Origin: Veleropilina oligotropha
Lineage: Eukaryota
DNA: 64,000 nucleotides
Direction of reading: 5' to 3'
NCBI GenBank assembly: GCA_048128005.1
Contig: JBEUKZ010000139.1
Span: 124,001-188,000 of the forward strand
The notes beneath the pieces are model-generated. The model worked only from the letters and a program-made list of their open reading frames with translations, did no database searches and had not been told where the DNA came from. This document shows, piece by piece, positions 58,490 through 64,000 of this stretch. Position 1 is the first letter of the stretch. Each line of letters starts with the position of its first letter. The translations under genes were made by a program, and so were the position numbers.

Positions 58490-58942
58490 ATAAGAACGGG
58501 CAAAACACTCAGAAAACTATGGTTGCATTGACATGTACCTTGAATTGGATCGATTGTTAATATCCGATATATTCATGATTCATTGAACATATTTTAGGGT
58601 CATAACAGGACATGTCCATATTATCGCGGAAAGAACGCCCGCCGCAACGACCAGTTATTGAAAACTGTGATCTGATCATTAACTGCACAAAGTGCAAAAC
58701 CATGAATTTAAACCCACTCCGTGGAATCAGGACTATCAGGTGTGTGAATTCTTATCCAAGTGGTTTCTTCGTACAAACGTACGAGAAAGAAGGATAAATC
58801 AGTGCTGTTCGTTCGAGGCGCGTAGTTGCGCTCCATAGCACGCCTGAATCTGAATTTGAAGGAGTCAAAAGTTGCGCGCCTATATAAACGATAAATATTT
58901 GATCATAAATCAAAGTGTTCATGAAGTGTTAAAACTGACAAT

Positions 58943-61332
58943 CAGGCTTCATACAGATTTCCAATGACTTTTCAAGGACTTATTTCCGAATTTCAAGGGT
59001 ATTTCTAACCGTAACCCTGCTTAGGGCTATTCCCGTAAAAATCTATCCCACCCACTGACCCCAGGTTTTCAAAAGAGGACCACCAACAGAAGTTATATAT
59101 TTAAACAGTAATAAATAATAGAATTAATTGCTATATTTTGTGACCACCCATAGAAGCGATTTATACCTGGAGTCAGTGGGTGGGTGAGATATTTCGCTGG
59201 AATAGCCCTTAGTCCACGCTTCATTTTGATTTTACTACAACTAAAATTTATTCCACAACCCGCCAGAGACGCATTTTATTCGGAGAATATCAACAAGTAC
59301 AAATGCCCGTTAGAAAACGGATTCATCCCCCGCCTTCCGCATTCACTCGGATACGAACTTTAACCAAAATTTCTATGTCCCAACACAGCAAGTTTCTTCA
59401 ATATATATACAAAATAATATTTAATATCATTGCTCGAGTAAAAGGTGGTATCAATATAAGCATCACCAAAGAATATGTATGCAATAATGGAACAGAACAA
59501 ATTCACTCAACTTTAACAAAAATTTCTATGTTCACAAACATTAATTTCACATGTTATTTATATTATAAATCACTTGCAGATGAGGGAGCAGCATCAATAT
59601 AGTCAACACTACAGTATATGGATGTAAAACAGTGCCTAGAACAACCCATATGCCCCTTGAAAAATTTCAACAAAACTTAATAAAAATTTCTATGTCCACA
59701 AATTTAATTTAGCATCACTTCCATAGTATCAATAGCAAAGCATATATACACCAAAATGTTGTTTCAACAACCCATATACACTCAATGAAAAACTTGAACC
59801 AGAAACTTTAACCAAAATTTCTATGAACATTTAAGCTGTGTTAAATTGATTCCTTGTTTCTTGTCCCATGATGCTGGTACCAAAGCGGTCAACACAACAA
59901 CAGACATTTTCCAAATAACATTACGATCTAGTTTATTTTGACCACGAGCCTCAAGTGCAGGGCGCGACATTAACGGTTGTCCGCCTGTCCCGGACAGGTA
60001 GCTTTTGCCTACTACCTGTCCTGTTGGAAAAAACAAGAAATTATGCAGAATAATCAATTGGATCATATATATTTAAATGAAAATTTAAATTGAATTGAAT
60101 TTAAATTAAATTTAATCAGAAGTCGTCAAAACTCCATCTGTATGGTCGCGTTTTTGCGTCGGAAGTTAATTTTATGCATGCACACTGGGTCAGCTGTCGT
60201 AAGCATTTCCGGGTTAGCAACTTAGCAGTGTACTAGTATATAACAAGAGCTAAAGCTCGAAATGGCGCGCATGCGTGGGACTGTGCATCAATCACTTATA
60301 TTTCATGAGTATTGTGTTTACATTCAATAGTAGATGACATTGTCAATTTGTAATATTTCAATATTTCTACTCTAGGGTTAGATGACAATGAAATATTGAT
60401 ATCTGACAAAGGAAGATGCCAAAGTCTGCCTATTGTTGCATATATAGCATGCTTGATACCTTTAACGAAAATTTCTCTGTCCAAAAGCAGCATTTTATGG
60501 TAAAATTTGAATTACACTAGACTTATCACAGAAGTGATCATATGCCCCCACATAAGCACTTGACCCAGGAACAGGCTGTCGCAGAGACCTACTTTTGGTA
60601 CCCGACACACCTTTGGGATATGAAGCATGCACACATCAAGTTTCGTGTCCCTCGGTCAAATAGTATGGGAGATCTGGAGTGGAATGGAATTTTGGACCAA
60701 ACCCTGGTAAGCATGAAAAGTAGGTCGTGGTGACCTACGTTTGGTACGTGACACATGTTTGAGTCGAGATGCATGCACACACCAAGTTTCATGTCCCTCG
60801 GTCAAAAAGTATGGGAGCTATGGAGCGGAAGGGAATGCTGGACCAAGTGCGAAAAGTAGGTCGCAGTGACCTACTTTTGGTACGCGACACCTTTGGGTTA
60901 TGACGCACCCACACATCAAGTTTCGTGTCCCTAGATAAAATATTATCGTAGATATGGAGCGGAAGAGAATTTGCAACAGACCGACAAGACGACTCCTATA
61001 AGCCTTATGCAATAATTATATTAAATTTTATTCAATCTCACTTCCAGAGTACCAGGTGTCATTCATATAATGCCTACAAAAGCATATATATGCCAAAAAG
61101 TGTCATGGGCAAGCTATATACACTCAAACCGAAACTTTAACTAAATTGTTTATGGACGGACGGACGCCAGGACATGGCAACAACAATATCCCCTACTACC
61201 CTTCAGGCTGGGGATAAAAATTCAATGACTTTTCCAAAACTATCTGCTCAAATGCCAGATTTTACTCGACTTCAAGGGCATTGAAATAGCATCAATAAAA
61301 TGCCATGACATCCAAGACTTGTGTGAACCCTG
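58943..61332. mobile_element. hAT6-like MITE expanded by nested insertions
   Basis: caggcttcatac ... gtgtgaaccctg with 6-bp TSD gacaat at 58937-58942 and 61333-61338. Confidence 0.65.
59024..59208. mobile_element. Harbinger-like MITE with TTA TSD
   Basis: tta|gggctattcc..cccacccactgaccccagg / cctggagtcagtgggtggg..ggaatagccc|tta. Confidence 0.8.
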
Positions 61333-61434
61333 GACAATCCTGTATAAATTGTAAGTGAACGCCACTATATCGCTCAGCATTGTCTTGACAGAAAACTTAT
61401 ATTGCGCAAATATGCGTGCGATGGTCCGACATGT

Positions 61435-61869
61435 TTTTTATGTCTTGACCTTTTTGCAAAAAAGGACAAGACATTATCAAATGGTCCGTGTGTATATACT
61501 TATATATATATATATCCGTCGATTTATTTGAAAACTACCCGCTCAATTTTCACCAAAATTGGTACACACATTCCCAAGAGTATTTGTAGGTCGTGTATAT
61601 AACTTTCGCGACACAATTTTGCAAAAATATGCATTTATTGAGCACTTTTATCCATATTTGTATATAACGGATGTCTAATATTGCAAGCAAATGGCAATGA
61701 CGTCATTACGACGTCGCCTTAGATTAATCGTCATTTGGTGACGTCACAATCGACGGGGTAGTAAATTAAGCCATGAAGTACTTGCACTTAGCCATTGTAT
61801 TAACTGTTATGAAAATTTGAGGGAAATAAAGAAAGGTCAAGACATATTTCGAACGCGTCGTTCTTGTTT
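61435..61869 (+). mobile_element. HINE-like element
   Basis: tttttatgtcttgacctt..aaggacaagacat 5' IR, (ta)n, 3' subTIR aaggtcaagacata and short hairpin gaacgcgtcgttc. Confidence 0.65.
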
Positions 61870-61973
61870 ACATTTACACTTAACGGAGCTGAGACCATCT
61901 CCTGATTGAAGACCAGAGTTACAAGTTACAACAAATAGGTCGAAAGAATTTAATTATAATATATTAAATATGT

Positions 61974-62044
61974 CGTGTCAGATGTGACGTTCACCAAATA
62001 TCGCAACGATAGTCAGTCCGCCCGTCACAAACTCATCATTCACA
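61974..62044 (-). ncRNA. SNORD43: Box C/D snoRNA, SNORD43-like, copy 2
   Basis: Same C, D', C'-like and D boxes and the same guide as copy 1; differences fall mainly in the D'-C' spacer. Confidence 0.9.
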
Positions 62045-62244
62045 ATAAGCATAGGCAACCCATTTTAATATTATGGTGAATATTTTGTCGCTTCTGGATT
62101 ACTGCGACTAATGCCCAAACAACATTGAAGGAATAGCGATAGCAAAAAGACGTTGATTTTGAAACTGGCCATATGGTCGAATCATCTGTTTTAATACCAA
62201 ACATCTGCATTATTGTGGACGCCCGCAGTTGAGAGGACAAGAAC

Positions 62245-63895
62245 CTGGCCTCCCAATTCATCCACATGATTGCCTTGCTTTGCAGGGCTGGCCTCCCAAT
62301 TCGCCAACATGACTGCCTTGCTTTGCAGGGCTGGACTGGCCTCCCAAATCACCCACATGACTGCCTTGCAATTCACCCACATGACTGCCTTGTTTGCAGG
62401 GGTGGGCTGGCCTCCCAATTCACCCACATGACTGCCTTGTTTGCAGGGGTGGGCTGGCCTCCCAATTCACCCACATGACTGCCTTGCAATTCACCCATGA
62501 CTGCCTTGTTTTCAGGGGTGGGCTGGCCTCCCAATTCACCCACATGACTGCCTTGTTTGCAGGGGTGGGCTGGCCTCCCAATTCACCCACATGACTGCCT
62601 TGTTTGCAGGGGTAGGCTGGCCTCCCAATTCACCCACATGACTGCCTTGCAATTCACCCACGACTGCCTTGTTTGAAGGGGTGGGCTGGCCTCCCAATTC
62701 ACCCACATGACTGCCTTGTTTGCAGGGGTAGGCTGGCCTCCCAATTCACCCACATGACTGCCTTGTTTGCAGGGGTGTGCTGGCCTCCCAATTCACCCAC
62801 ATGACTGCCTTGTTTGCAGGGGTGGGCTGGCCTCCCAATTCACCCACATGACTGCCTTGCAATTCACCCACGACTGCCTTGTTTGCAGGGGTGGGCTGGC
62901 CTCCCAATTCACCCACACGACTGCCTTGTTTGCAGGGGTGGGCTGGCCTCCCAATTCACCCTCATGACTGCCTTGTTTGCAGGGGTGGGTGGCCTCCCAA
63001 TTCACCCACACGACTGCCTTGTTTTGCAGGGGTGGGCTGGCCTCCCAATTCACACACGACTGCCTTGTTTTGCAGGGGTGGGTGGCCTCCCAATTCACCC
63101 ACATGACTGCCTTGTTTGCAGGGGTAGGCTGGCCTCCCAATTCACCCACTTGACTGCCTTGTTTGCAGGGGTAGGCTGGCCTCCCAATTCACCCACATGA
63201 CTGCCTTGTTTGCAGGGGTGGGCTGGCCTCCCAATTCACCCACATGACTGCCTTGCAATTCACCCACGACTGCCTTGTTTGCAGGGGTGGGCTGGCCTCC
63301 CAATTCACCCACACGACTGCCTTGTTTGCAGGGGTGGGCTGGCCTCCCAATTCACCCTCATGACTGCCTTGTTTGCAGGGGTGGGTGGCCTCCCAATTCA
63401 CCCACACGACTGCCTTGCTTGCAGGGGTGGGCTGGCCTCCCAATTCACCAACATGACTGCCTTGTTTGCAGGGGTGGGCTGGCCTCCCAATTCACCCTCA
63501 TGACTGCCTTGTTTGCAGGGGTGGGTGGCCTCCCAATTCACCCACGACTGCCTTGTTTGCAGGGGTGGGCTGACCTCCCGATTCACCCTCATGACTGCCT
63601 TGCTTTGCAGGGGTGTGCTGGCCTCCCAATTCACCAACATGACCGCCTTGCTTTGCAGGGGTGTGCTGGCCTCCCGATTCACCCTCATGACTGCCTTGCT
63701 TTGCAGGGCTGGCCTCCCGATTCACCCTCATGACTGCCTTGCTTTGCAGGGGTGGGCTGGCCTCCCGATTCACCCTCATGACTGCCTTGCTTTGCAGGGC
63801 TGGCCTCCCGATTCACCCTCATGACTGCCTTGCTTTGCAGGGGTGGGCTGGCCTCCCGATTCACCCACATGACTGCCTTGCTTTTCAGGGGTGGG
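62245..63895. repeat. GC-rich minisatellite, 47-bp unit with shorter variant units
   Basis: tgactgccttgtttgcaggggtgggctggcctcccaattcacccaca repeated over about 1.65 kb. Confidence 0.97.
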
Positions 63896-64000
63896 AGTTT
63901 GAATCCTCGGATAAGTCCTGGTAGGATTGTGAAAGCTGTAAAATGACAGATATATTCGGTGAAGCATGCGTGCCTTCGCCATTTACCTACTAGCATAAGA

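Noticed and set aside
58800..58885. GC-rich hairpin in the RPS8 intron as a snoRNA or SECIS element
   Set aside because: A stem and a CTGA are visible, but I found no C box, H/ACA pair or SECIS core.
62245..63895. CRISPR-like array or repetitive ORFs
   Set aside because: Units are contiguous with no unique spacers, there are no cas genes, and the context is eukaryotic; the ORFs are by-products of the repeat.

Overview
AT-rich, repeat-dense eukaryotic (invertebrate animal-like) genomic DNA; the species cannot be determined from this window. Host genes: a long C2H2 zinc-finger gene (minus, 18608-20650), a shorter and partly decayed divergent C2H2 gene (plus, 49095-49631), a possible GPCR TM4-7 fragment (52987-53466), and the last two coding exons of ribosomal protein RPS8 (minus, 58179-58308 and 56228-56337). 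The RPS8 introns carry three box C/D snoRNAs: one SNORD46/snR63-like and two SNORD43/snR70-like copies. Candidate unannotated 3' splice sites lie just downstream of two of them. Mobile DNA dominates the rest: a very young full-length DIRS1 tyrosine-recombinase retrotransposon (22324-29719; ITRs identical by eye, ICR, gag, RT-RNaseH-methylase, YR); an intact two-ORF CR1-group LINE with a 2A-like GDIHPNPGP motif inserted with a 9-bp TSD into a MULE transposase; decayed L2, RT, Academ-like and Sola-like relics; a tRNA-derived SINE family; Helentron-like non-autonomous elements; many MITEs with readable TSDs; a Galileo-like foldback; a 3-kb nested palindrome; and a 47-bp minisatellite. I see no clearly new biological system. 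The most novel-looking signals are the snoRNA/cryptic-exon architecture of RPS8, the DIRS frameshift fusion, and the foldback elements. All family assignments are by eye and from recalled motifs, not from database searches.
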